Source: a virus
Taxonomy: Duplodnaviria > Caudoviricetes
Reading direction: 5' to 3' (one strand)
IMG/VR virus record: IMGVR_UViG_2908369612_000002
Location: 1 to 64,000 of that record
Length of the DNA stretch: 64,000 nucleotides
Shown here one piece after another: positions 40,910-50,443 of this stretch. Both the position numbers and the translations under genes were made by a program. The stretch's first letter is position 1. Every line of letters starts with the position of its first letter. Below the pieces are notes generated by a model, which did no database searches, was not told where the DNA came from, and saw nothing but the letters and a program-made list of their open reading frames with translations.

Positions 40910-40979
40910 AAAAACATCCCCTTAATTATCAAATTCTTCTACATAATATCATATTTTCTTAATATAGGTAAACAGTTTG

Positions 40980-41363
40980 CTATTTTACAATCTCACTCCA
41001 TAGCCACATATCCATTGTCTGCAAAGCAAACCCTTCCGGTAGCTGCTTCATCTTCACATTAACATTGAATCTCTTGCCGGTTGTTTTATGTACAATAGCT
41101 AATTCTTCGCCCTTAAAGAAGCGTACGATAGCCTCATTAAACTCAATAGGCTGATTAACCACATACCCTTCCTTTAAAGCCCTGATAAACAAATATGGAT
41201 CACTTTTATATAGCTCATAAAGAATGTTCGCATATTGTTCGTGCTTGTCTCGAAGCAGATCGAAATTAATCAGTGGTATGTATAAGTCTTTATCAGATAA
41301 ATTTAATTTGTTTCTAAAATATTTGATTGCTCCATCCTGTTCTTTAGAAATAATATTTGGCAT
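40980..41363 (-). CDS. yorC: YorC-like protein
   Basis: 127-aa ORF; synteny. Confidence 0.6.
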   Translation of the reverse strand: MPNIISKEQDGAIKYFRNKLNLSDKDLYIPLINFDLLRDKHEQYANILYELYKSDPYLFIRALKEGYVVNQPIEFNEAIVRFFKGEELAIVHKTTGKRFNVNVKMKQLPEGFALQTMDMWLWSEIVK

Positions 41364-41429
41364 ACAAGCATCCCCTTTAAATTCTATATTGCTGGGTCAA
41401 TCTTTTACTAACCCAGCATTTTTCTTAAC

Positions 41430-41717
41430 TTAGCTTTCTAGACCGTAGTTCTTAGCGCCTTCGGCAATTAACATATATGCAGCTAAAAGGTGCTCTTTGA
41501 TTTTCTCTTCTGTGTCTTTTCCAAATACCCCGTACCCTAGCTTTACTTCATTTGCAAAATCAATTTGTCTAGATCCTACTTGTGCTACATTTTTCTTTGA
41601 AACTAACATATCAAACGAACCATTGACCACTTTTCCTAAATGTTCTTCTGTAAATGGATCATAATCATCGAAAACTTCATAGGATATCTTTCTAATCTCT
41701 AGTTTTTGTTCACTCAT
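41430..41717 (-). CDS. yorB: YorB-like protein
   Basis: 95-aa ORF with an SOS box upstream; synteny. Confidence 0.6.
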   Translation of the reverse strand: MSEQKLEIRKISYEVFDDYDPFTEEHLGKVVNGSFDMLVSKKNVAQVGSRQIDFANEVKLGYGVFGKDTEEKIKEHLLAAYMLIAEGAKNYGLES

Positions 41718-41778
41718 TGTTTCATCCCCTGTTTTGTAATTTTTGGTACTCTTGAATTATATAGCAAAACAGAGAATA

Positions 41779-41792
41779 AGAACAAGTGTTCT
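41779..41792. promoter_or_regulatory. LexA (DinR) SOS box
   Basis: AGAACAAGTGTTCT fits GAAC-N4-GTTC. Confidence 0.8.
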
Positions 41793-41817
41793 TGTGTATT
41801 TTTTAATTACTGCGCAT

Positions 41818-43563
41818 TTAGATTACAATATCATCTACTGCCAATCTAAGTGTACCGCTGTTATAAGTATTATGTATTAAAGTCGTATTTGAAGATTTAA
41901 ATGTGGCATATGGATGTGAAAGCACTCTGTCACCAATCCCCTGAACATCATTCCTGATTAAACGTACTTTCTTTGTGCTCTCCAAATATATGCCGTATCC
42001 TTGATCCGCTTCCCTCTTGAACATGATTTCATTCCCTCTAAGCATATGCTCAGATCCACCAAGCAAATGGATTGCAACTAGCGCTTTGCAATTATAAATT
42101 TGGTTTTCACTAATCCTTATATTGTATATATCAGTAGCACCAGTAATTGCAATGTTTCTTGGCTCATAAATCTCATTCCTTGTTAAGAAAACTTCTGAGC
42201 TCTTATCCCAATAAATCCCGTACCCTGTTCCACTCATTAGGAAATCATTTGACTTTACCCTGACTGCTTGGGATCGTTCACAGTAAAGTCCACCGTAAAT
42301 ATTTGAAAATTCATTTCCAGTGAAAGTCACATCTTTAGAATCAATTACTTTAAGAGCATATGATGAAGTTGTTCCCTTTCCTGTATTGCCGTTAACTTTA
42401 ACATCTGAAGAATTTCTCACTTGAATCTGTATACAATCGCTGTTTTCTATTTTGTTTTTTGCAATAAAAACCTCTTCTGCTGTATGGGTGGCTATCGCAC
42501 AATTAGATGAATTCCCAATAGTATTATTTTTCGCTGTAACTCCTCTGCCTCTAACCATTATTCCTATTTTAAATCCTCGAACAGTGTTATCAGTTATTTT
42601 GGCTCTATTTCCTGTTTCAGTGCTTGAAACACCAATAGAGTCTATCCCGTATTCTTTTGGTTCTCCTTCATTGATTATCTTGTTTCCTTTAATGCTCACG
42701 TCTGTACTAAAGCCATATGAAATAACATTGTCACAGTAATTATCTTTAATAATTACTTTTCCACTTGTATGAGCTGTAATCGAACCACGCCCATTTTTTT
42801 TAAACCTGCAATCTGCAATAGTTAATTCATAAGGATGATCATATTTTATGCCTTTTTCAGCGAACCCTTCTAAATCAATTCCCAATTGTGGACCAATAGT
42901 GTCACCTCCAGCTTCTTCAATATCACAGTCCTCTACAAGAAGTCCTTCACAACCGTTTGTTGCCAGGTTATTTCTTCTTCCACGTTTTAATCTGCACTTC
43001 CTTACAGTTACACTTCGTGAAGGTGTGTAAGTCCCAGCAGTGTTCATCATTCCGTCAGCAGCTATCCAAATATTATCACCAATGCAATCTGATACACTTA
43101 CATTCTCAATCAATACATTTCTGCTACCATGTACGTGTATACCATATCCCCATTCATGTGTTTTCTGTGTTGTGTTAATTTTGGAGTAATCGTGCTCATA
43201 GCGATCCCCAATAATACGCCCGCCACGTATAGTCACATTTTCTGCTTGTCCAATGTAGAAGCAAGAATATCCTTGGTATCCATTAGGATTAACTCTAAAT
43301 ACTGCTTCTGGGTGAAGAATCAACTCTATATTAGAAGGAATCTTTATACCGCCACCAAACTCAGGTAACCGTTTAGATGTATTTACTGCATCAATCAAAT
43401 AATTGCCCTTTGGCACTTCAACTACGGAATAAAAGTTAGATGCAGCAGACTGAAGAGCATCATTGAATCCCTTAGTAGTTTCAATTGGGTTTAAACCTTC
43501 TGGATTGATTCCCCACTGCTCAAAATCAACATGAACTCGAAGAGATTTGTCTATCATATTCAT
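41818..43563 (-). CDS. yorA: Right-handed beta-helix (pectate-lyase-like) protein YorA
   Basis: Repeated parallel beta-helix pattern; VEVPKGNYLI and GIDLE motifs. Confidence 0.82.
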   Translation of the reverse strand: MNMIDKSLRVHVDFEQWGINPEGLNPIETTKGFNDALQSAASNFYSVVEVPKGNYLIDAVNTSKRLPEFGGGIKIPSNIELILHPEAVFRVNPNGYQGYSCFYIGQAENVTIRGGRIIGDRYEHDYSKINTTQKTHEWGYGIHVHGSRNVLIENVSVSDCIGDNIWIAADGMMNTAGTYTPSRSVTVRKCRLKRGRRNNLATNGCEGLLVEDCDIEEAGGDTIGPQLGIDLEGFAEKGIKYDHPYELTIADCRFKKNGRGSITAHTSGKVIIKDNYCDNVISYGFSTDVSIKGNKIINEGEPKEYGIDSIGVSSTETGNRAKITDNTVRGFKIGIMVRGRGVTAKNNTIGNSSNCAIATHTAEEVFIAKNKIENSDCIQIQVRNSSDVKVNGNTGKGTTSSYALKVIDSKDVTFTGNEFSNIYGGLYCERSQAVRVKSNDFLMSGTGYGIYWDKSSEVFLTRNEIYEPRNIAITGATDIYNIRISENQIYNCKALVAIHLLGGSEHMLRGNEIMFKREADQGYGIYLESTKKVRLIRNDVQGIGDRVLSHPYATFKSSNTTLIHNTYNSGTLRLAVDDIVI

Positions 43564-44381
43564 GCTGCCTCACCTGCCAAACCACCTACATTTTCATCTA
43601 TGAACTGTGAGACAGCGTTTACAAAATCGTAAAACATTTCATTCTTAGTCCCGTCACGCCCTTTTAATGAAAAAGTGTTAAACATTGATCTACGCTGCTC
43701 CGTGCTTATCTCAAGCTGAATACTCATTCCAGTCTTATTCTTATTAGCAATGTTATTTGGATTTGTTCCAGCTAAATGAGCTCCAACCGGTAGCAGCTCA
43801 GCAGAGAAACCGGCATCATTTAGTACGGCTGTCATCTGTTCAGCTTTTTCTCTGTCGGTACCCCCAACTAATGTGTGTTTCTCACTAGACGCATAACCAT
43901 GAAGTGAAATGGTCAAATCGTGATTGTTCAGTATTTCTAAGGCTTGTGGCTCGTCAAAATTTACACTGGTGATATGTAGGTCAGATGATCCTGAAGTTTT
44001 CAATGCTTCAAACAGATAAGTAGAGTGGGATTTACTCAGTTCCCTGGCTAATTCACTTGTACCTCCCTCTATTCCACCACCATGAGGAGCAAAAATTAAC
44101 ACTGGTGTACCTAGATTATTTGTGAAAATGTTATAGGTAAGTGGTGATTCATTTGCTTTTAACTCCTCGAAGTTATTGTACTTATCTGCCGCTAATACAC
44201 TGCATGGATTCAGAAATGAAGACAACGCTGCCAACAATGGAAAAGTCTTCTTAAATATGATATACTTATGTAGCTTCGTAACCTTGCGAAGTGCCAGGTG
44301 AAGAAGGGATTGCCGTCCAAAGCTGCCCTTCTTTGCCCCAAATACCTTGTTTGGACTTTCCTCTATTCTGTTTTTATTCAT
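43560..44381 (-). CDS. pghZ: Poly-gamma-glutamate hydrolase (YoqZ/PghZ)
   Basis: APHGGGIEGGTSE, HITS..FDEP, SLHG and QLEIS motifs. Confidence 0.9.
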   Translation of the reverse strand: MNKNRIEESPNKVFGAKKGSFGRQSLLHLALRKVTKLHKYIIFKKTFPLLAALSSFLNPCSVLAADKYNNFEELKANESPLTYNIFTNNLGTPVLIFAPHGGGIEGGTSELARELSKSHSTYLFEALKTSGSSDLHITSVNFDEPQALEILNNHDLTISLHGYASSEKHTLVGGTDREKAEQMTAVLNDAGFSAELLPVGAHLAGTNPNNIANKNKTGMSIQLEISTEQRRSMFNTFSLKGRDGTKNEMFYDFVNAVSQFIDENVGGLAGEAA

Positions 44382-44402
44382 TAATAATAAAACACTCCTT
44401 TT

Positions 44403-44762
44403 TTATATTCCTATTCCTGCGCTCAACAACCGTTTTTGGATATTAGTCAAAGTAGATGATTCGACTAACTGAGGATTATTCATAAGAAATCTCCCAACTT
44501 TTTTTCTAATTTCACTTTGCTTTTCAACTGATATAACCTTCAACATCGACCAATTAAGTTTTTCATGTTTAATTTCTATCTCGTAAAAACGATCATATGT
44601 ATTTCCTGCATGAAACAAAGTATCAAGCAGTACTCTCCTCTCTATATTTTCTCTTGCAATAAACCTTTCCAAATCAACCTTCATACTGTGAAGGGACTCT
44701 TGTGATTGAATTAGTACACAGTGAGAGTAATTTTCCCTCTTTAGCTTCATTACCTTAAACAT
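44403..44762 (-). CDS. Orphan RnlB/LsoB-like antitoxin
   Basis: VLLDTLFHAGNTYDRFY and LMNNPQLVESSTLT resemble E. coli RnlB ILFDLLCANGPEWNRFV and LRNHPEYLEASVLS. Confidence 0.65.
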   Translation of the reverse strand: MFKVMKLKRENYSHCVLIQSQESLHSMKVDLERFIARENIERRVLLDTLFHAGNTYDRFYEIEIKHEKLNWSMLKVISVEKQSEIRKKVGRFLMNNPQLVESSTLTNIQKRLLSAGIGI

Positions 44763-44878
44763 AAAACGCCCACTTTCTTATATACTTTCTTATATTTCAC
44801 TTTTAAGCAACGATATGAATTACATTAAGAACACCCCCTTAACTCAATTAAAAAATTACTTTTATTTAGACATACAAG

Positions 44879-45022
44879 TTAAATCCAAGACACAATACTA
44901 CCGCATTCTAAATGCACGTGTTCCCAATCTCCTTCCCAAGGCCCTTCTACCAAGTCAACCTCATAATCAACTTCATCTTTTTCGATTACTTTTTTACATT
45001 CGTTGCAGAAGCAGGTAAACAT
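44879..45022 (-). CDS. 47-aa acidic zinc-binding mini-protein
   Basis: MFTCFCNECKKVIEKDEVDYEVDLVEGPWEGDWEHVHLECGSIVSWI, RBS GAGGAGG. Confidence 0.65.
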   Translation of the reverse strand: MFTCFCNECKKVIEKDEVDYEVDLVEGPWEGDWEHVHLECGSIVSWI

Positions 45023-45055
45023 TTTCACTCCTCCTCTTTCTGTAAAATATCGTTT

Positions 45056-45328
45056 TTATTCAGTTTCTTTTCTTACCCATTTTCTAACCTTCATTTCTTT
45101 TAACTCCACTTCATAACAATCCACTTGATCTTCAAATTCCCAAGGGCTCTCATATTGGCTTTCAGTGGCGCCCTTGCTATAGAATGTTTCAAAAAAGCGT
45201 CCTTGATATGGAAATACAATTCTATAGTGAACACTCCACCTAGACGTGTCAGTGATTTCTTCCAAAAGTGAGGATTCCGGCAGCCCCAATTCATTTAGCA
45301 TGTAGTCCTTGTCCAATTTAATTTTCAC
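45056..45328 (-). CDS. Acidic 90-aa phage protein coupled to gad1
   Basis: ORF overlaps the gad1 stop; RW...VF...Y..GATE.Q..PW motif. Confidence 0.7.
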   Translation of the reverse strand: MKIKLDKDYMLNELGLPESSLLEEITDTSRWSVHYRIVFPYQGRFFETFYSKGATESQYESPWEFEDQVDCYEVELKEMKVRKWVRKETE

Positions 45329-46205
45329 TTAAGATAACCCCTCTTCCTTCGCAGCATTTGCATTCGACCAAAGGCTCATTGATTTTATCCATTAGATCGT
45401 CTAAAAAATTCTTAATATTACTCTTTAAATCTTCAACATCTTTTCCACTAAACGGTTCTACAATTGGGTAACTCTGATAGGCTTCAGGTGCAACCTTGTA
45501 AATCTCAACCTCTCGCTTTGTTTGAAATCTTTTTTCAAGTTTAGGCTTTCTCCGTTTGTACATTGCATTAAGATCAACTACATACTCGTGAGGCTTGTAA
45601 AGTTCCAAAACCTTTACCACAGTAAAACAAAAATCATAATCACTTGTGATTCTTGCAAATTTAGGGTTTATATTGGCTTTAATATGGTTTCTAATAATTT
45701 TATAGCTTTCCGCTCGAGACAAGTAACACGGCTTTGTTTCAAGAAGCATTGGATGCGTTTGAATTCTATCCAGTAGGTTATATTTCAAGTTGAAATTTTG
45801 ACTTTGCATCTTAAGTTCCCCGTTAACTTCTTCAATAATGTTCATTTCAAACTCAATCTTTTGATTCTGTTGTGGGACTTCTTCAAATTTCAATTCATAT
45901 AGACCCTTCACTTCATAGTATTCATTGTCTTCACCTATGTAAGAAGCATAAATTACTTTTGGAGTTAATTCAGATTCCTGGAACCCCTCTTTCAATTCAT
46001 ATCTATGATTAATTTTTTTAGCCGGCATTCGCTTTTCAATAACACTTGGCTCCTTCACCAGCTTAAACCAGTCTGATTTATACGTTGCAGTTGCTCGTTC
46101 CCCATCGAAAAGCAATCCTTCTAATTGACTATGAAAATAGCTACTACCTTGAACATTGTCAGACACCAAAAAACAGTTATTTGTTTTAATACCAATCAGC
46201 TTCAT
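45318..46205 (-). CDS. gad1: Gabija anti-defence protein Gad1
   Basis: 295 aa MKLIGIKT.NCFLVSDN...ARITSDYDFC...ECKCC.GRGVIL, close to phi3T Gad1 as I recall it. Confidence 0.88.
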   Translation of the reverse strand: MKLIGIKTNNCFLVSDNVQGSSYFHSQLEGLLFDGERATATYKSDWFKLVKEPSVIEKRMPAKKINHRYELKEGFQESELTPKVIYASYIGEDNEYYEVKGLYELKFEEVPQQNQKIEFEMNIIEEVNGELKMQSQNFNLKYNLLDRIQTHPMLLETKPCYLSRAESYKIIRNHIKANINPKFARITSDYDFCFTVVKVLELYKPHEYVVDLNAMYKRRKPKLEKRFQTKREVEIYKVAPEAYQSYPIVEPFSGKDVEDLKSNIKNFLDDLMDKINEPLVECKCCEGRGVILSEN

Positions 46206-46258
46206 CATAAATCCCCTTTATTGTTTTATTTCCATCACTATAAAATCTCTATTTAGAT

Positions 46259-47452
46259 TTAATTGGCACTTATGTATTCTTTCCATTCATCTTTCGAAAC
46301 TTCTCTAATTACATGGCATGCTGCGGCCTCAACTTTACCACTATCCGCATCTACAAAATCCTTTTCTTTAATCTTAACCTCAATAAGTACTCCGTCTTCC
46401 TTACCATAGTAAGTTGATTGTTCGATCGCTGCTTTTTCATTAAAAAATAACCTTCCGCTGTTCGACCAACTATCTATTACTCCTTCTGCTTTAGCTTCTT
46501 CTCCAATCACATACTCAAAGTTCTTGTCATAGAAGCTCGTCAATTTTCCGTTCTGTTTTCTTACAAATTTATAGAAATTAGTTTTATCAAAGAAATCCTT
46601 TGTATCTAATTTAATTTCAGTACATGGCGCTGATACAGATTCTTTTAGAAACCCATCAAGACCAATTCTGTAATGATCATCATTAATCTTCAGCGTCAAA
46701 ACTGGACTCTTATTAATGTCGTTTAAAAGATCGTCTAAGTCATTAAACTCTAAATTAACCGGCTCTTTAAAGTAGTCTTCGTCTAAAACCATGTCAGCAA
46801 TTTTGTCTACAGCTTCTCGTAGGTTAAAGTCTTTTTCTTCTTCGTCTTCGAACAATTTGTCATAGTTTATCCCATACATACCTCCCATTTGATCTTTCAA
46901 TTCTTCATATGTATTAATGGTTAAGTCCATGCATGTTAGCACAATACGAATGAATTCTGGCTTAGAAATTGTGTATTCTTTATCTGTGTATTTTTGCACT
47001 CTTAACAATGAGACAATTGGAAAAGCAGTTTGGCTATTAAACTTTAAAATTCTCTGCGAGTTATGTTTCAAAAAATCTTCATGTAGAGTAAAAGCTTCGG
47101 TCTTAAAATCAAAAGCTCCCATGCAGACTGTAAAATCAAATGTATTGAAAATTGACTCAGCATCAGAGAAAAATTTAAAGTGGATCATTTGTAGCTTTAG
47201 TCCTTTTTTGATAAACATCGTGGCTTTTTTAGTGTGTGAGGTTACATAGACATTGCTATTCCAACACTTTTCTAAGAATGAACATGCTTTTTTATCACTT
47301 CTAAAATAGATATCCACATCATTTATCTCTTTATTATTAAATAGACTTGTAATTGTCCCACCTGCAATAATAGCTTCATTCCTTTTAAGTGCTTCAACTA
47401 ACTCTTCACCTAAATATGAGTACAGTTTATTCTTTTCAAATTGATAACTCAT
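46259..47452 (-). CDS. gad2: Nucleotidyltransferase-fold protein, probably Gad2 (copy 1)
   Basis: IAGG...NDVDIYF pol-beta-type NTase motif and FDFTVC; about 400 aa; directly upstream of gad1. Confidence 0.72.
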   Translation of the reverse strand: MSYQFEKNKLYSYLGEELVEALKRNEAIIAGGTITSLFNNKEINDVDIYFRSDKKACSFLEKCWNSNVYVTSHTKKATMFIKKGLKLQMIHFKFFSDAESIFNTFDFTVCMGAFDFKTEAFTLHEDFLKHNSQRILKFNSQTAFPIVSLLRVQKYTDKEYTISKPEFIRIVLTCMDLTINTYEELKDQMGGMYGINYDKLFEDEEEKDFNLREAVDKIADMVLDEDYFKEPVNLEFNDLDDLLNDINKSPVLTLKINDDHYRIGLDGFLKESVSAPCTEIKLDTKDFFDKTNFYKFVRKQNGKLTSFYDKNFEYVIGEEAKAEGVIDSWSNSGRLFFNEKAAIEQSTYYGKEDGVLIEVKIKEKDFVDADSGKVEAAACHVIREVSKDEWKEYISAN

Positions 47453-47505
47453 CAAAATTCCCCTTTTTAATTTTATTTTTATCTTTATAAAATCTCTGTT
47501 TAGAT

Positions 47506-48699
47506 TTAATTGGCACTTATGTATTCTTTCCATTCATCTTTCGAAACTTCTCTAATTACATGGCATGCTGCGGCCTCAACTTTACCACTATCCGCATCTA
47601 CAAAATCCTTTTCTTTAATCTTAACCTCAATAAGTACTCCGTCTTCCTTACCATAGTAAGTTGATTGTTCGATCGCTGCTTTTTCATTAAAAAATAACCT
47701 TCCGCTGTTCGACCAACTATCTATTACTCCTTCTGCTTTAGCTTCTTCTCCAATCACATACTCAAAGTTCTTGTCATAGAAGCTCGTCAATTTTCCGTTC
47801 TGTTTTCTTACAAATTTATAGAAATTAGTTTTATCAAAGAAATCCTTTGTATCTAATTTAATTTCAGTACATGGCGCTGATACAGATTCTTTTAGAAACC
47901 CATCAAGACCAATTCTGTAATGATCATCATTAATCTTCAGCGTCAAAACTGGACTCTTATTAATGTCGTTTAAAAGATCGTCTAAGTCATTAAACTCTAA
48001 ATTAACCGGCTCTTTAAAGTAGTCTTCGTCTAAAACCATGTCAGCAATTTTGTCTACAGCTTCTCGTAGGTTAAAGTCTTTTTCTTCTTCGTCTTCGAAC
48101 AATTTGTCATAGTTTATCCCATACATACCTCCCATTTGATCTTTCAATTCTTCATATGTATTAATGGTTAAGTCCATGCATGTTAGCACAATACGAATGA
48201 ATTCTGGCTTAGAAATTGTGTATTCTTTATCTGTGTATTTTTGCACTCTTAACAATGAGACAATTGGAAAAGCAGTTTGGCTATTAAACTTTAAAATTCT
48301 CTGCGAGTTATGTTTCAAAAAATCTTCATGTAGAGTAAAAGCTTCGGTCTTAAAATCAAAAGCTCCCATGCAGACTGTAAAATCAAATGTATTGAAAATT
48401 GACTCAGCATCAGAGAAAAATTTAAAGTGGATCATTTGTAGCTTTAGTCCTTTTTTGATAAACATCGTGGCTTTTTTAGTGTGTGAGGTTACATAGACAT
48501 TGCTATTCCAACACTTTTCTAAGAATGAACATGCTTTTTTATCACTTCTAAAATAGATATCCACATCATTTATCTCTTTATTATTAAATAGACTTGTAAT
48601 TGTCCCACCTGCAATAATAGCTTCATTCCTTTTAAGTGCTTCAACTAACTCTTCACCTAAATATGAGTACAGTTTATTCTTTTCAAATTGATAACTCAT
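47506..48699 (-). CDS. gad2: Nucleotidyltransferase-fold protein, probably Gad2 (copy 2)
   Basis: Translation identical to copy 1. Confidence 0.72.
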   Translation of the reverse strand: MSYQFEKNKLYSYLGEELVEALKRNEAIIAGGTITSLFNNKEINDVDIYFRSDKKACSFLEKCWNSNVYVTSHTKKATMFIKKGLKLQMIHFKFFSDAESIFNTFDFTVCMGAFDFKTEAFTLHEDFLKHNSQRILKFNSQTAFPIVSLLRVQKYTDKEYTISKPEFIRIVLTCMDLTINTYEELKDQMGGMYGINYDKLFEDEEEKDFNLREAVDKIADMVLDEDYFKEPVNLEFNDLDDLLNDINKSPVLTLKINDDHYRIGLDGFLKESVSAPCTEIKLDTKDFFDKTNFYKFVRKQNGKLTSFYDKNFEYVIGEEAKAEGVIDSWSNSGRLFFNEKAAIEQSTYYGKEDGVLIEVKIKEKDFVDADSGKVEAAACHVIREVSKDEWKEYISAN

Positions 48700-48785
48700 C
48701 AAAATTCCCCTTTTTAATTTTATTTTTATCTTTATAAAATCTCTGTTTTAATTAGATTTTTTAATTACCTCTTCTAATTTTATAT

Positions 48786-48980
48786 TTATCCAACCAAATC
48801 AATTATGTAAGTCTCATACATGTCATCCCAATAAGGATCTGTTCTTGCTATGTACTTCTTTGTTCTTCCATTCTCCTCAATCTTAAAGGTTTGCCCCTTT
48901 TGGATATTAGTAAACTTTTTCTTTCTCCAGATTCCTCTAATCAACACTTCAACTTCTTTAACATCAACTGTTCGCTGCAT
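48786..48980 (-). CDS. YoqX-like protein
   Basis: [26 protein letters not shown]. Confidence 0.6.
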   Translation of the reverse strand: MQRTVDVKEVEVLIRGIWRKKKFTNIQKGQTFKIEENGRTKKYIARTDPYWDDMYETYIIDLVG

Positions 48981-49133
48981 CTCATTCCTCCTTTTTGATT
49001 TTCGTATATCAAGCCTGGAGATAACTATTCTCTTTAGAATGACAGCAAAATCGAATCCCATTAAGTACCACTGCCATTTTGCTTTATATATCACGTTTGC
49101 TTAGCTATTATGTTGTAAGTAGGAGGTGATATT

Positions 49134-49946
49134 TTGTTTGTATCGCCAATGTTATTGCATTCGATAAAGGAACCATTTGAGGACGAGGACTATATCACTG
49201 AGCTCAAATTTGATGGAATTAGGCTCATTCTTTCTAAGTTTGATAACCAGATTAAGCTGTACACTCGTCACAATAACGAAGTAACAAGCAAGTTTCCTGA
49301 ACTCTTAGATTTAAATATCCCAGATGGAACCGTACTCGATGGTGAAGTCATTGTAGCTGCCCCAGGCGGTGCTCCTGACTTTGAAGCTGTAATGGAACGT
49401 TTCATGTCCAAAAAATCAGCTCATAAGATTGTTTACTGTGTCTTTGATGCTATCTACAAAGACGGTCAGTCAATTGCAGCTAGGCCGCTCACTGAGCGTA
49501 AGACAGTTCTGAACTCACTGGAATTGAATCATCCCAATGTCTTAGTGATCGAAGGTATCCAAGGCAACGGAAGAGCTTACTTCAATCTGGCCCAAGAAAA
49601 GAACTTAGAGGGAATCGTACTCAAAAAAGCTGACTCCCCTTATGAAATTAATAAACGTTCTCATAATTGGCTGAAAGTGATCAATTATGATTACACTGAA
49701 GTTCTCATAACCGGCTACACTAAAAAGGATATAAAATTCCTTCTGTCTTATCCCGATGGAACTACAGCTGGGTTTATGGAATTCATGCCACATGCAGAAC
49801 GAAGTAAGTTCCACTCTATGAAACAAGTAAAGTCTGAATCTGATGAATATGTATTTATTGAGCCTATATTATGTAAGGTTAAGCACAGATTTAAGACTAA
49901 GCATGGTAAACTCCGCATACCATCCTTCGAATCTTGGAGAGTCTAA
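49134..49946 (+). CDS. ligB: ATP-dependent DNA ligase (LigB/YoqV)
   Basis: ELKFDGIR, LDGE, VFD, EGIVLK and WLKV motifs. Confidence 0.93.
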   Translation: MFVSPMLLHSIKEPFEDEDYITELKFDGIRLILSKFDNQIKLYTRHNNEVTSKFPELLDLNIPDGTVLDGEVIVAAPGGAPDFEAVMERFMSKKSAHKIVYCVFDAIYKDGQSIAARPLTERKTVLNSLELNHPNVLVIEGIQGNGRAYFNLAQEKNLEGIVLKKADSPYEINKRSHNWLKVINYDYTEVLITGYTKKDIKFLLSYPDGTTAGFMEFMPHAERSKFHSMKQVKSESDEYVFIEPILCKVKHRFKTKHGKLRIPSFESWRV

Positions 49947-50443
49947 TCTCTCCGTTACATAACTCCTTAGTGCCTTTTGAATAACAAAATTCAAAATCTA
50001 TTACATTAAGTTAGTTCTATTCCATTTCAATCCACTTATAATACTTTCCCATTTGATAATCAAAGCGCCAACCATCCTCAAGGACTTTCGAATGACTATT
50101 CTTATATTTCGAGTGATTTAATAACACCCTAGGAGAAAACATTATTCTCTGCCAGTTAAATAATTCTTTCATTTTTCATTCCCCGTTTCTTATAAATTCA
50201 AATTTGATTCAATTATATAAAATAAATATTTTATTTTGATTGTAATGTGATCACCAATCCAGCCCTAAATCGTCGATAATACTTGTCATTGCCTCATCCT
50301 CTTCTTCAGTTAACCCGTAATCAGCAAGTTTTTAATTAATACTCTCTTCCCCTTTAATTCGATATTAATTTTCAATTTAAAAGCAACAGGTTTTCTAAAC
50401 ACCTTACCTCATGGTATAATTTGTTTAAAAAGGAGGTATTTTC

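Larger units (their letters stand above)
46252..48748. repeat. Direct tandem duplication, 1247-bp unit
   Basis: Sequence at position x recurs at x+1247; boundaries lie in TAAAA-N6-TTT sites at 46241, 47488 and 48735. Confidence 0.95.

Noticed and set aside
47453-47533. N-terminal extension of gad2 copy 1 (424-aa ORF)
   Set aside because: An artefact of the duplication junction; the RBS supports the ATG at 47452.
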